A DNA stretch of 35,521 nucleotides, taken from the NCBI GenBank assembly GCA_944372725.1, contig CALWAA010000136.1, forward strand, positions 1 through 35,521, written 5' to 3'. A program made the position numbers and the translations under genes. The stretch is from an uncultured Bacilli bacterium (GTDB lineage: Bacteria; Bacillota_I; Bacilli_A; RF39; UBA660). Positions 1-9,472 of the stretch are shown here, piece by piece. The notes below the pieces were generated by a model. The model did not search any database and was not told the DNA's origin. It saw only the letters and a list, made by a program, of their open reading frames with translations. Numbering within the stretch: position 1 is the stretch's first letter; every line of letters begins with the position of its first letter.

Positions 1-102
1 GAATCTTTTGGAAAAGTAACAGAAGTACAAACAACATTTTCAAATCAAGAAGTAACTAAAGAATTTATAGAGTTAGCTTCATTATTATTGGAATTGAAAT
101 AA
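1..102 (+). CDS. 3' end of a gene that starts left of the window (partial)
   Basis: Frame 1 is open from base 1 to TAA at 100-102 (...ESFGKVTEVQTTFSNQEVTKEFIELASLLLELK*). The RBS of the next gene follows directly. Confidence 0.5.
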   Translation, partial: ESFGKVTEVQTTFSNQEVTKEFIELASLLLELK

Positions 103-123
103 ATTATAATAGGAGGAAAATTT

Positions 124-483
124 ATGAAAGATATAGTAAGTGAAACAATAAGATTATTAAAGGAAAATAATGAAGACCAATATAGAAATGCTGTGGGAGA
201 AAATCTAACAGAAGATACAACAGAAAATACAGAAGTATATAAACAACTAAAGGAATTAGAAAAAGAAAATCATTTTAGTTCTGTTGCAAGATATAGTAAT
301 GAGAACGTAAATGTATCTTTCTATACAGAGGATAGACAAGAAATATATGGTAGTATTAATATGGTAAATAAGACAGCAAAACTAACAACAGGTTCAGGAC
401 CTAATCCATTAAATCCAGAATTTTTAAATTTATTAAATAAGTTAGCACAAATATTAAAAGGATACAATATGTTACATTATTAA
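124..483 (+). CDS. hypothetical phage protein (119 aa)
   Basis: ATG is preceded by AGGAGG at 111-116 and the gene ends in TAA. It is tightly packed against the next gene. No family recognised. Confidence 0.8.
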   Translation: MKDIVSETIRLLKENNEDQYRNAVGENLTEDTTENTEVYKQLKELEKENHFSSVARYSNENVNVSFYTEDRQEIYGSINMVNKTAKLTTGSGPNPLNPEFLNLLNKLAQILKGYNMLHY

Positions 484-498
484 TAAGGAGGTGCACCA

Positions 499-1782
499 AT
501 GCTATACAATAAAGGTAAAGAATACACTTTAAAATATATAGATATAAATGGACAACAACAAGAGTTAAAATACACACCAGAAAAAGATATGTCTGTTCCA
601 GAAATAATAACAATGTTACAAAATAAAGATAAAAACTTTTACAAATTATTGAAAGAAGTAAACAACAAAAAGGAGGAAAATAAAATAATGAAAGAAGCTA
701 AATTACCAAATATAAGTAAATTTATATATGATTTAGATTCAGGTAAAGGTAATGCTTGGTCTGTTAGTTCTTATACTGAAAATGGAAAAGGTGACAAAAT
801 AATTATAGTTAATAAAAATGGTATATCTGATAATACTTACGAAGATATAATTAAAGCTGTTGAGAAGAAATATCCACAATTAAAAGGTTATGAAACAGAA
901 AATCATAATGGAGTTTGGTTTTATTTACAAAAAGATAATAAAAATGAAAGTGAAGAAATTGAATTTAATGCCTCTACATTTGACGAACTAGAAGACGAAG
1001 TTACAGAAATGTATGAAAATGACAAAATAGATGACGATATGTATGAAACAATATTAGATTTAATAGATGTTGAAAGATCAAATACAGAAGAATATATAAA
1101 CAATAGACGTGAAGTAACAAATACAGACTACAAAGATGAAGTCGGTATAGAGGAAGATAATGTAGAAGCCTTAAAGAAAGCTATAAAAGAAAAATTACCA
1201 GAGTTAACTACAGAAAGTAAACTTGTAGAAGACGAAGAAGATAATGACATAGAAGTTATTGAAACAGAAGAAACAATAGAGCCAGAAGATACAACAGAAT
1301 TACAACAAGAAATGGAAGAAGTAGTTACAGAGTTAGATAATATAACAGAAGAAGAAACTTTAGGACTAGAAACAACTGCAGGAACAATAGATGTATTAAT
1401 AAAAGATGAAGAGGCTGCAATAGATGGATATAATAGTTTTCTAAACCAAATAAAAGATACTATTCCAGAAACAGTATATAATACAATAGAAGAACAATTA
1501 AAAGAAGTAATACAAGATGAAGAAGATCATATAAACATATTAAATACAATAAAGGAAAATCTAAATACAACAGAAGCTCCAGTAGAAGAAAGTAAAGAAA
1601 CAGTATTAACAGAAAATGTAACAGTAGAAGATATATTTAATGAATTAGATATAGATATAGATTCTCCAGCAGCAGAATATGAATGGGATACAGTACAAAA
1701 ATATTTAGATTCAAATCCAGATATAACATTAGAACAAGCTGTTAAAGATATAAAAGAATATTTTGAAACAGGATTACTATAA
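499..1782 (+). CDS. highly acidic protein of unknown function (427 aa)
   Basis: AAGGAGG lies 7 nt upstream of the ATG. The protein has long D/E-rich stretches (e.g. EEDNDIEVIETEETIEPEDTTELQQEMEE). A hairpin terminator follows. Confidence 0.85.
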   Translation: MLYNKGKEYTLKYIDINGQQQELKYTPEKDMSVPEIITMLQNKDKNFYKLLKEVNNKKEENKIMKEAKLPNISKFIYDLDSGKGNAWSVSSYTENGKGDKIIIVNKNGISDNTYEDIIKAVEKKYPQLKGYETENHNGVWFYLQKDNKNESEEIEFNASTFDELEDEVTEMYENDKIDDDMYETILDLIDVERSNTEEYINNRREVTNTDYKDEVGIEEDNVEALKKAIKEKLPELTTESKLVEDEEDNDIEVIETEETIEPEDTTELQQEMEEVVTELDNITEEETLGLETTAGTIDVLIKDEEAAIDGYNSFLNQIKDTIPETVYNTIEEQLKEVIQDEEDHINILNTIKENLNTTEAPVEESKETVLTENVTVEDIFNELDIDIDSPAAEYEWDTVQKYLDSNPDITLEQAVKDIKEYFETGLL

Positions 1783-1803
1783 AATATAATTAATAATAAA
1801 CAT

Positions 1804-1836
1804 AAGTAAGTACAATCAAGTACTTACTTTTATTTT
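1804..1836 (+). terminator. rho-independent terminator
   Basis: Stem AAGTAAGTAC (1804-1813) pairs with GTACTTACTT (1820-1829) around a 6-nt loop, followed by TTTTATTTT. Confidence 0.8.
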
Positions 1837-1848
1837 GCCAATTTATCA

Positions 1849-1863
1849 GTAAAATATTATTAG
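1849..1863 (+). promoter_or_regulatory. copy of recurring intergenic motif TAAAATAWTAWTAG (candidate phage promoter)
   Basis: gTAAAATATTATTAG lies between a terminator and the RBS of the next gene. Near-identical copies are at 9416, 19352, 21802 and 30350. Confidence 0.45.
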
Positions 1864-1894
1864 ATATTAATATTATAAAAGGAGTATTATAGAT

Positions 1895-2080
1895 ATGTTT
1901 TATTTAATATTAAATGACGGTAGAAAAGTAAATATGTTATTTGTAAGTAAAGTGTATGTACAAGATACAGATGTTATTTATGAAACAGCTAAAGGAAGTT
2001 TAGATGTAATTAAAGAACATTTTGCAAGTACAGAAGAGGCAAATAATAGATATGAAAATTTAAAAGAATTATATGTATAA
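1895..2080 (+). CDS. small hypothetical protein (61 aa)
   Basis: AAAGGAG RBS lies 9 nt upstream of the ATG; TAA stop. Confidence 0.7.
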   Translation: MFYLILNDGRKVNMLFVSKVYVQDTDVIYETAKGSLDVIKEHFASTEEANNRYENLKELYV

Positions 2081-2095
2081 GAGGTGAAAAAGAAA

Positions 2096-2512
2096 ATGTT
2101 TATATTATTAAAGTCAGGAGCTATGTTAAATACTATATGGCTACAAGATTATTATCAAGGAATACACAATAAAAATATATTAGTATATTTATTAGTTAAC
2201 GGAGTTAAAATAGAAGAAGAATATACTAGTGAACAAGAAGTACAAGATAAAATACAAGAAATAACAGAACAAACAAGTTCAGGATCTACTACTCCAAAAT
2301 TTAGTATTAAAGTAGTAACAGAGTTACCAACAACAAATATCTCAAGTACTACTATTTATTTATTAAAAACAGGTGAAGAAGATAGTAATTTATATTCAGA
2401 ATACATATATGTAAATAATAAATGGGAATTACTTGGAACTCAAAAAATGGACTTATCAAACTACTATACTAAAGAGGAAGTAGACAAAATGTTACAATGG
2501 AAAGAATATTAA
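2096..2512 (+). CDS. probable fibre-associated structural protein (138 aa)
   Basis: I prefer ATG 2096, which is 9 nt after GAGGTG, over the ORF-track GTG 2084, which lies inside the RBS. The C-terminal pattern LP..N....TIYLL......N.Y.EYIYV.NKWELLG resembles a motif I recall from phage fibre or baseplate proteins. Not verified. Confidence 0.75.
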   Translation: MFILLKSGAMLNTIWLQDYYQGIHNKNILVYLLVNGVKIEEEYTSEQEVQDKIQEITEQTSSGSTTPKFSIKVVTELPTTNISSTTIYLLKTGEEDSNLYSEYIYVNNKWELLGTQKMDLSNYYTKEEVDKMLQWKEY

Positions 2513-2530
2513 TAAAAAAGGAGGTATATA

Positions 2531-3049
2531 ATGGAAAATACATTAACATATAGAAAAAAGATACCTACAGAAATTATTAATATTGGAGATTTAATAATGT
2601 TAGACTCAGCAACTGGATATATACAAAAAGCTGTATTAGAATATCCTTGTGAATATAGTATTAATAGTAGTCTTGTTATAGGAATATGTGTAAGTAGCGA
2701 TAATGAAACACCTGCAACATTAACTATTAATGGAGACAAATCTAATACTAAAAAAAGACAAGAATTTAATGGAGGAGATTCTAATACAGTAGAAACAATA
2801 ATTATAAATGGAGGAGACTCTACACAAAATCCTAGAGAAATAATACAAGTAGCATATACAGGAGAACAAATGGTAAATGTATGTGGTCCAATTAAAATAG
2901 GTGATAGATTATGTATTAGTAACCAACCTGGAAAAGCTATGTCAAGAGATTATTTAAGGCAACAATATTATAATTTAAGAAGTATAGGAAAAGTAATAAA
3001 AATAGATAAGAAAAAACAACAAGCTAAAGTATTATTAGATATTGAATAA
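2531..3049 (+). CDS. small beta-rich structural protein; paralogue of the gene at 22097-22461
   Basis: AAGGAGG RBS. The C-terminus VNVCGPIKIGDRLCISNQPGKAMS...NLRSIGKVIKI...KVLLDIE aligns with the recoded product of 22097-22461. A possible DUF2190-like fold is a guess. Confidence 0.85.
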   Translation: MENTLTYRKKIPTEIINIGDLIMLDSATGYIQKAVLEYPCEYSINSSLVIGICVSSDNETPATLTINGDKSNTKKRQEFNGGDSNTVETIIINGGDSTQNPREIIQVAYTGEQMVNVCGPIKIGDRLCISNQPGKAMSRDYLRQQYYNLRSIGKVIKIDKKKQQAKVLLDIE

Positions 3050-3065
3050 GAGGAGGTTATTAATA

Positions 3066-6000
3066 GTGGAAGAAAATCAAGTATATACAATTATATTAAG
3101 ACACGATACAAGTGCAAATTGGATGATTAATGACCCTGTTTTAGCTTTAGGAGAATATGGAGTAGAAGACGATACACATAGAGTTAAAAGAGGGGATGGA
3201 CAAAGTAAGTGGTCAGAATTAACTTATGATACTTTTGGATTAGAATATATGTTAACATTTGAAAACATAAAAGGAGATGTTACAGATAATAAAGCTTTAC
3301 AAGATGCCTTAAATCAAAAATTATCTGTAGATACATTTGAAGATTCTAATAATAGTGTAATTACATCTATAACATTAAAAGAAGAAACAGGAAAAATAGG
3401 TAGAATAACAAAAGTAAGTAAAAATGTAAAATTTAATAATACTGTAACAAATTATATAGATATTATTTCAAAAGATAATTCTATTAATGGAATATGGAGT
3501 ATAGATAATGATGGAGTAAATATATTAAATTTACAAGCTGTTTCTTCTGTAGAAAATTATGCTCCTTATAAAGAATATAAAATTAATCAACTATGTTTTT
3601 ATAATAATGGATTGTATAGATGTATAGAAACACATATAGCAACTCCAAATTTAGATAAAACAAAATGGGTAACATTATCTTCATTAAATGCTAGCGATAT
3701 TAATTTTAATCCAGGCTCTACATCTTTAAAATCTAAAACAGTAAAAAATGCTTTACAAGAATTATCAAACAAAGTAGATACAAAAGTAGACCAAACAACA
3801 CAACCAAATAAAATATATGGAACTAATGGTAAAGGAGAACAAATATTATTAAGTAAAGATGATTTAGGAAAAGTAGATAGTGTTAATAATATTATTCCGG
3901 ATGAAAATAAAAATGTGACAATAGAAGCAAAAGATATACAATATGATAGTGAAAATAGTACTTTAAATGTAAAACAAGCTATAGATTTAAAAGCCAACAA
4001 TGTAAATGTAAAGGAACAATTAGATACTAAAATAGATAAAGATATTGGGGATACAGTTGTAACTAATATTGAATTATCTAAAGATACAGATATCCCAGCA
4101 TTTCATATTGTAAAAGTAGGTACAGATAAAAAAGATAAAACAGATTTATTCTTACATATTAAACCAGAAGGAGATTTACAAACATATATTAAAAATGATG
4201 GAATAATAATAGATAGTACAAATATAGATAATAAAATAAATGAATTACAAACAGGTTCAAGTGAATTAGAAAATAGTATAGAACAAGTAAATGCTAAAGT
4301 AGATAAAAATACAACTAGTATAAATGAACTAAAGACAACAACTGGAAATTTAAAAAATAGTATAGATACATTAGAAGCAAATGTGGATAATGTGGAAAAC
4401 CAGGTGGATAGCTTAAATACTAAAGTAACAGATATAGAAGAAAATATAACAAACTTAAATACAGAAACACAAAAACAAATAGAAACTATAAATACAAAGA
4501 TAACAAGTATAGAAGAAGTAAACACACAACAAACGGAAGATATAAAAACAATAACACAAAGTATAGATGAAGTAAATACAAAAATAGATACAAAAGTACA
4601 AGAACTACAACAAAAAGATATAGAACAAGATGAAAAATTAAATAATATAAATACAGTAATAGAAACAATAAATACAGAAATAACTGATGTACAAGAAGAT
4701 ATAGTACAAATAAATAAAGATATAGATAATGTAGAATTAACAAATAGTGAACAAGACGAAAAATTAAATATATTAGATACAGAAATAACAAATTTAAAAA
4801 ATAAAGATACAGATTTACAATCACAAATAGATGAAATAAATGACTCACAAATAGTACAAGATACAGATGTACAAGATATTAAAAAACAATTAGAAAGTAT
4901 AAATACAGAAATAGATACTATAAATGAAAAAGACACAGAACAAGATACAAATATTAGTAATATACAAACAGATATAACAGAGTATAAATCACAAATGCAA
5001 ACAACTATAGAAAGTTTACAACAAAAAGATAGTGCTTTAGATAGTAAAGATAAAGAAATAGAGGCTGAAATAGAAACTATAAAAACAGACATAACAAACT
5101 TACAGGACTATGATGATGTACAAGATCAAAACATAAATGCTAATACACAAAGTATAACAGAACTAACAGAAAAACATAATACAGATATTAAAGCATTACA
5201 GGATAAAGATACAGTATTAGAAACTAAAAATACAGAACAAGATCAAAGATTAAGTAGTATAGAAACTAAAAATACAGAACAAGATACTAAACTTACACAA
5301 ATTACACAAACACAAACACAATTAGATAATAATATAAAAGAAGCTTTACAAGATATAACAGATTTAGATAATAAAGTAGAAGGACAACTTGAAGATATAC
5401 AACAAATAGCAGATGACCAAGCCACAATGATAGAAAGTATAAATAATAGTGTAAGTATAATTAATAATACTATAACAAATATAAAAAATAAAGATACAGA
5501 ACAAGATAAAGCTATAGATAATTTAACAACTAAAGTTAACAGTAATAATCAAATATTAACAGAAGAAATAAAAAGTATTAATACTTTAAATCAACAACAA
5601 TCACAACAAATATCAGACATTAATAGTTCTATATCAGATTTAAATAGTTCTATAATGAATATAAATGATACAGTTGCAGATATTAATGCTAGTAACGCAC
5701 ACCTAGACCAAAAAGTAACAAGTATGGCAAACGAATTAACAGCTGCAACAGAAAATAACACAAGACAAGATCAAGAAATAACAGAATTAGATACTAAGTT
5801 ACAAGAGTTACAAGAAAAAGTAAGTGAAGACGAAACTATAACAGATGGAGAATTACAACAAATAAATACTAAATTAGACGAACTAGATACAGAACTACAA
5901 CAAACAAATACTAATGTAAGTACTAATACAGAAAACATAGAATTAAATACAGGTAAAATAACAGATTTAGAAAGTAGAGTAGATACAGCAGAAGAAAACA

Positions 6001-9000
6001 TAACAACAAATACACAAAATATAAATAAAAATACACAAGATATAACAACAAATACACAAAGTATAGAAACATTAAATACAGTAATAAAAACAAAATTAGA
6101 TAAAGATTTTGCAAATAATGTAAATAAAGAGCTAGTAAGTAATTTACAAATATCTCCTATTAATACACAAGAAGAAGCTGTAACATTATTTACTATAGAA
6201 CAACAAAAATTAAATGTAGAAAATAAAACATCAAGTACTTCAACATTAACTTTTAAATCTACAGATAATACAATACTTGCGACTCCAGAACAAGATGAAA
6301 GTGGAAATATAACATCAATTAATTTAGCTACAAATTTAAATACAGATGTTAACTATTTTATAACATCACAAACATTAGATGAAACAATAGGGAATACAAA
6401 TACTATTCCTCAAAATACAATAACAGCTATAACAAAAGAAGGAGTAGAAGTAGAAGATATTATTACAGATAGTGAAGGTACTTGGTCAAGAGTACAAAGT
6501 ATAGATGACGAACAACATACAGTAACAACAATAACTTTCCAAAGACAAAAAGATGCTACTTGGGGAACAATACAAGGAACATTATCTAATCAACAAGATT
6601 TACAAACAGCTTTAAATAATAAATTAGATAAAACATTTGCAAGTGGTGAACTACAAAATAATATAATGGGAAGTATAGAATTTAGTCCTTCAGGATTAAG
6701 AAATGGTGTATTTATAAGAACAAAAACTATTAATCCAACAAATTCACATATAAATACATTTGAATCTTATATAACTTCTGATACAAAACAATTAACATTT
6801 ACACCCGGCTCAGATGGAATAGATTTAGGTGTAAATATAGAGAATGTAAATTTTGATAATAGTAATACAGGATTAACAAATAATAAAGTAGGAAATGTGT
6901 TAAGAGAATTAAAAACATTAGATAATGCTAAAGTAACAACAGAAACATTTAATACATTTAAAACTCAAAATACTCAAGATATAAATAATGCTGTACAAAC
7001 AGCGACACAAAGTATTACAGAAGCCTATACAAATGCTGATACAGCTTTAAAACAAGAATTACAACAAGCTGATAATAATTTACAACAAAGTATTACAGAT
7101 TTACAAAGTAATAAATTAGATAAAAATCAGGGAACAAGTAATACAGGAAAACATTTAATAGTAGACGAAAATGGATTAATAACTCCACAAACATATACAG
7201 TAGATACAGGAGTACAAAGTGTTACATCGGAATTTAATTTAGTAGATAATGCAGATCCAGATAATCCAAAAATACTACAAGATACTACTAAACTTGATAA
7301 ATCATTTAGTGAAAAATATTTAACAGAATTTGGAATAGAACAAAATGATAATCAAGGTGTATTAACAGTAAAAACAAGAAATGTAGAAAATAAATCAGAT
7401 GTTATAAGTACTGTAGATTTTGTAGGATTAGGAAGTATTAAAGTTACATCAGCTTATGATGAAGATAAACAAAATGATACAGTAAAAATAGATGGAAGTG
7501 AAATAGTTACACAAATTACAAATGGATTAAATACAAAAGTAGACAAAGTAACAACTCCTAGTGTATTATATGGAGTAAGTGCAGATGGACAACAAACTAC
7601 ATATAGTACTACAGAAATAGGTTCTGTAAATAGTGTTAATGGTGTTGAACCCCAAAAAAATACAACAAATATATTAATAGATGCTACACAAATTAATATA
7701 GACGAATCACAAGAAGAAAAACAAACAATAAAAGAAGTAGTAGATAATAAATTAGATAAAGTACAATTAGATACTGTATTATATGGAACAACAAATACAG
7801 GAGAACAAACAACATATAAAGTATTTAATAATTATCTAACAAATCCTTTAGTATTATCAGAAGGTACACAAAATATATTAAGATTTAGATATACAAGTGT
7901 AGATAATCAAGGAGAAGAAACATTAATTGATAGAAGAGTAGTATCTGAAGATAAAGATATATTATTTGTTGGACAGAAAGATAGTACTGATATACACATT
8001 TCTGTAAATTCGGAAAATGTACATTTTGATACAAAGGAAAGTGGATTAACAAGTAATACTATATCAAATGCAATAAGGGAACTAAAAACACTTGACGATG
8101 ATAAAGTTACGACAGAAAATTTAACAACACAACTTGAAACAATAAATGAAACAATAACAAATAATAAAAAAGAAGTGGATACAACAATACAAGGAATAGA
8201 AACAAATATAGATACTATTGAAGAAAATATTACAAACTTAACAAATAATAAACTTGATAAAGTAACAACGGCAAATGTACTATATGGTACAAATAGTACA
8301 GGAGAACAAACTACATATTCTACAAATGATTTAGGAAAAGTAGAAACAGTAAATAGTATAACACCAGATGAAAATAAAAATATATTAATAGATGGAACAA
8401 ATATTAATGTAGATGAAGAAGCCGAAACAAAAGTTACAATAAAAAGTGCCTTAAATACTAAATTAGATAAAGTTACAAAAGTTAATAAAATATATGGTAC
8501 AAATACAGATGGAGAACAAACAACATATACAATAACTAAACAAGATGATACATATTTATCATATATTACAAATATAAATGTAACAGATAATAATCAATCT
8601 TTAGTATTAAATATAGCAAGACCTTTAATTGAAACAGGAGTAAGTACACAACAACAAACTTTAACGTTGTTAAATGTAGATAAAGGTATTAAAGTAGATA
8701 CTGAAAACGATTTAACATTAATTACAGATTCAGAAACAATACCATTTGATACTAAAACAAGTAACTTAACAAGTACTAATGTAGCAGAGGCAATAAGAGA
8801 ATTAAAAACATTAGATGACAGTAAAGTAAAGACAACAGACTTTAATAGTTATAAAACAGAAGTTACACAAGATATAGCAGAATCTGTACAAAATAAACCA
8901 ACAATGTTAGGATATACAAAAGGAACAGAATATACAGTAGGACAACTAGTATATATAACAAGAACAGATAACATTACTTTAATGGCACTTGTATTAAAAA

Positions 9001-9182
9001 AATTTACAAGTAATAATACAGAAAACAATACAGCTATACAATCATTTAAAGTAGATGTAGATAATAAAAATATTTCATTAATTGGAATACCGGTTGATTG
9101 GAATGACGACTTAACAAACAGTGAAACTACAACAACTGAAATAGAAGAAGATACAACAGAAGATGTAAAAGTAACTGAATAA
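3066..9182 (+). CDS. giant tail fibre 1 (about 2038 aa), coiled-coil shaft with repeated modules
   Basis: GTG 3066 lies 9 nt after AGGAGG (3051-3056); the ORF-track start at 3042 overlaps the RBS. The N-terminus YTIILRHDTSANWMINDPVLALGEYGVEDDTHRVKRGDGQSKWSELTY matches the conserved fibre N-terminal domain seen on Mtd or hyaluronidase-type phage fibres. There is a long heptad-like region with an iterated K/N-x-TEQD motif. Repeated modules are KIYGTN..GEQ (VLYGT..GEQTTY) and IRELKTLDD.KV (three copies). Confidence 0.9.
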   Translation: MEENQVYTIILRHDTSANWMINDPVLALGEYGVEDDTHRVKRGDGQSKWSELTYDTFGLEYMLTFENIKGDVTDNKALQDALNQKLSVDTFEDSNNSVITSITLKEETGKIGRITKVSKNVKFNNTVTNYIDIISKDNSINGIWSIDNDGVNILNLQAVSSVENYAPYKEYKINQLCFYNNGLYRCIETHIATPNLDKTKWVTLSSLNASDINFNPGSTSLKSKTVKNALQELSNKVDTKVDQTTQPNKIYGTNGKGEQILLSKDDLGKVDSVNNIIPDENKNVTIEAKDIQYDSENSTLNVKQAIDLKANNVNVKEQLDTKIDKDIGDTVVTNIELSKDTDIPAFHIVKVGTDKKDKTDLFLHIKPEGDLQTYIKNDGIIIDSTNIDNKINELQTGSSELENSIEQVNAKVDKNTTSINELKTTTGNLKNSIDTLEANVDNVENQVDSLNTKVTDIEENITNLNTETQKQIETINTKITSIEEVNTQQTEDIKTITQSIDEVNTKIDTKVQELQQKDIEQDEKLNNINTVIETINTEITDVQEDIVQINKDIDNVELTNSEQDEKLNILDTEITNLKNKDTDLQSQIDEINDSQIVQDTDVQDIKKQLESINTEIDTINEKDTEQDTNISNIQTDITEYKSQMQTTIESLQQKDSALDSKDKEIEAEIETIKTDITNLQDYDDVQDQNINANTQSITELTEKHNTDIKALQDKDTVLETKNTEQDQRLSSIETKNTEQDTKLTQITQTQTQLDNNIKEALQDITDLDNKVEGQLEDIQQIADDQATMIESINNSVSIINNTITNIKNKDTEQDKAIDNLTTKVNSNNQILTEEIKSINTLNQQQSQQISDINSSISDLNSSIMNINDTVADINASNAHLDQKVTSMANELTAATENNTRQDQEITELDTKLQELQEKVSEDETITDGELQQINTKLDELDTELQQTNTNVSTNTENIELNTGKITDLESRVDTAEENITTNTQNINKNTQDITTNTQSIETLNTVIKTKLDKDFANNVNKELVSNLQISPINTQEEAVTLFTIEQQKLNVENKTSSTSTLTFKSTDNTILATPEQDESGNITSINLATNLNTDVNYFITSQTLDETIGNTNTIPQNTITAITKEGVEVEDIITDSEGTWSRVQSIDDEQHTVTTITFQRQKDATWGTIQGTLSNQQDLQTALNNKLDKTFASGELQNNIMGSIEFSPSGLRNGVFIRTKTINPTNSHINTFESYITSDTKQLTFTPGSDGIDLGVNIENVNFDNSNTGLTNNKVGNVLRELKTLDNAKVTTETFNTFKTQNTQDINNAVQTATQSITEAYTNADTALKQELQQADNNLQQSITDLQSNKLDKNQGTSNTGKHLIVDENGLITPQTYTVDTGVQSVTSEFNLVDNADPDNPKILQDTTKLDKSFSEKYLTEFGIEQNDNQGVLTVKTRNVENKSDVISTVDFVGLGSIKVTSAYDEDKQNDTVKIDGSEIVTQITNGLNTKVDKVTTPSVLYGVSADGQQTTYSTTEIGSVNSVNGVEPQKNTTNILIDATQINIDESQEEKQTIKEVVDNKLDKVQLDTVLYGTTNTGEQTTYKVFNNYLTNPLVLSEGTQNILRFRYTSVDNQGEETLIDRRVVSEDKDILFVGQKDSTDIHISVNSENVHFDTKESGLTSNTISNAIRELKTLDDDKVTTENLTTQLETINETITNNKKEVDTTIQGIETNIDTIEENITNLTNNKLDKVTTANVLYGTNSTGEQTTYSTNDLGKVETVNSITPDENKNILIDGTNINVDEEAETKVTIKSALNTKLDKVTKVNKIYGTNTDGEQTTYTITKQDDTYLSYITNINVTDNNQSLVLNIARPLIETGVSTQQQTLTLLNVDKGIKVDTENDLTLITDSETIPFDTKTSNLTSTNVAEAIRELKTLDDSKVKTTDFNSYKTEVTQDIAESVQNKPTMLGYTKGTEYTVGQLVYITRTDNITLMALVLKKFTSNNTENNTAIQSFKVDVDNKNISLIGIPVDWNDDLTNSETTTTEIEEDTTEDVKVTE

Positions 9183-9190
9183 ATATAATA

Positions 9191-9230
9191 AAAGGAGTAG
9201 ACGTTTTAGTATCTACTCCTTTTCTCTTCT
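9191..9230 (+). terminator. rho-independent terminator
   Basis: Stem AAAGGAGTAGA (9191-9201) pairs with TCTACTCCTTT (9212-9222), followed by a T-rich tail TTTTCTCTTCTT. Confidence 0.8.
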
Positions 9231-9415
9231 TAAAATTACTAAACAATATGAAAATACATTACATCTAATTTTTGTTAAAATTATAAAAGAAGTAGTCTAT
9301 AACAACTACTCAGACAAGTTATTATTAAACTACTTATTACTTTTAGATAATGTAATTGAAACATATTATCCTATAATATATAACACCTATAACTATTTAT
9401 AAAGTAGATTTTTCT

Positions 9416-9430
9416 GTAAAATATTAATAG
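9416..9430 (+). promoter_or_regulatory. copy of recurring motif TAAAATAWTAWTAG (candidate phage promoter)
   Basis: gTAAAATATTAATAG lies 43 nt upstream of ATG 9473, inside the longest non-coding gap of the window (9183-9472). Confidence 0.45.
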
Positions 9431-9472
9431 AGGTAGATAAAAATATTAAGAAAGGAATAGGTGGTACATTAA

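Noticed and set aside
3042-3065. Longer N-terminal extensions proposed by the ORF track at 3042, 2084, 15723, 18799, 32097 and 23672.
   Set aside because: In each case the extension overlaps or precedes the obvious AGGAGG-type RBS, and at 15723 it runs through the G10 hairpin. A start codon 7-11 nt downstream of the RBS is in the same frame.
3066-3260. A possible diversity-generating retroelement, because the fibre 1 N-terminus resembles the N-terminal domain found on Mtd-type fibres.
   Set aside because: There is no reverse transcriptase, no accessory gene and no template/variable repeat pair with adenine-specific differences visible in the window. This N-terminal domain is widespread on non-DGR fibres.
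4103-5092. Long minus-strand ORFs from the ORF track, such as 4103-5092 (329 aa), 3599-4000, 4486-4848, 20072-20575, 20563-20898, 31003-31398 and many of 60-130 aa.
   Set aside because: All lie antisense to long, well-supported plus-strand genes. Their S/F/V/C/I/L-rich composition is what the reverse complement of E/K/N/T-rich coiled-coil coding sequence produces. None has an RBS, and none leaves room for plus-strand coding.
9183-9472. A hidden small gene or tRNA in the 290-bp gap between the two giant fibre genes.
   Set aside because: There is no ORF with an RBS and no tRNA-like conserved arms (no GTTCGAATC-type T-loop). The gap contains a terminator and the candidate promoter motif, which is sufficient to explain it.
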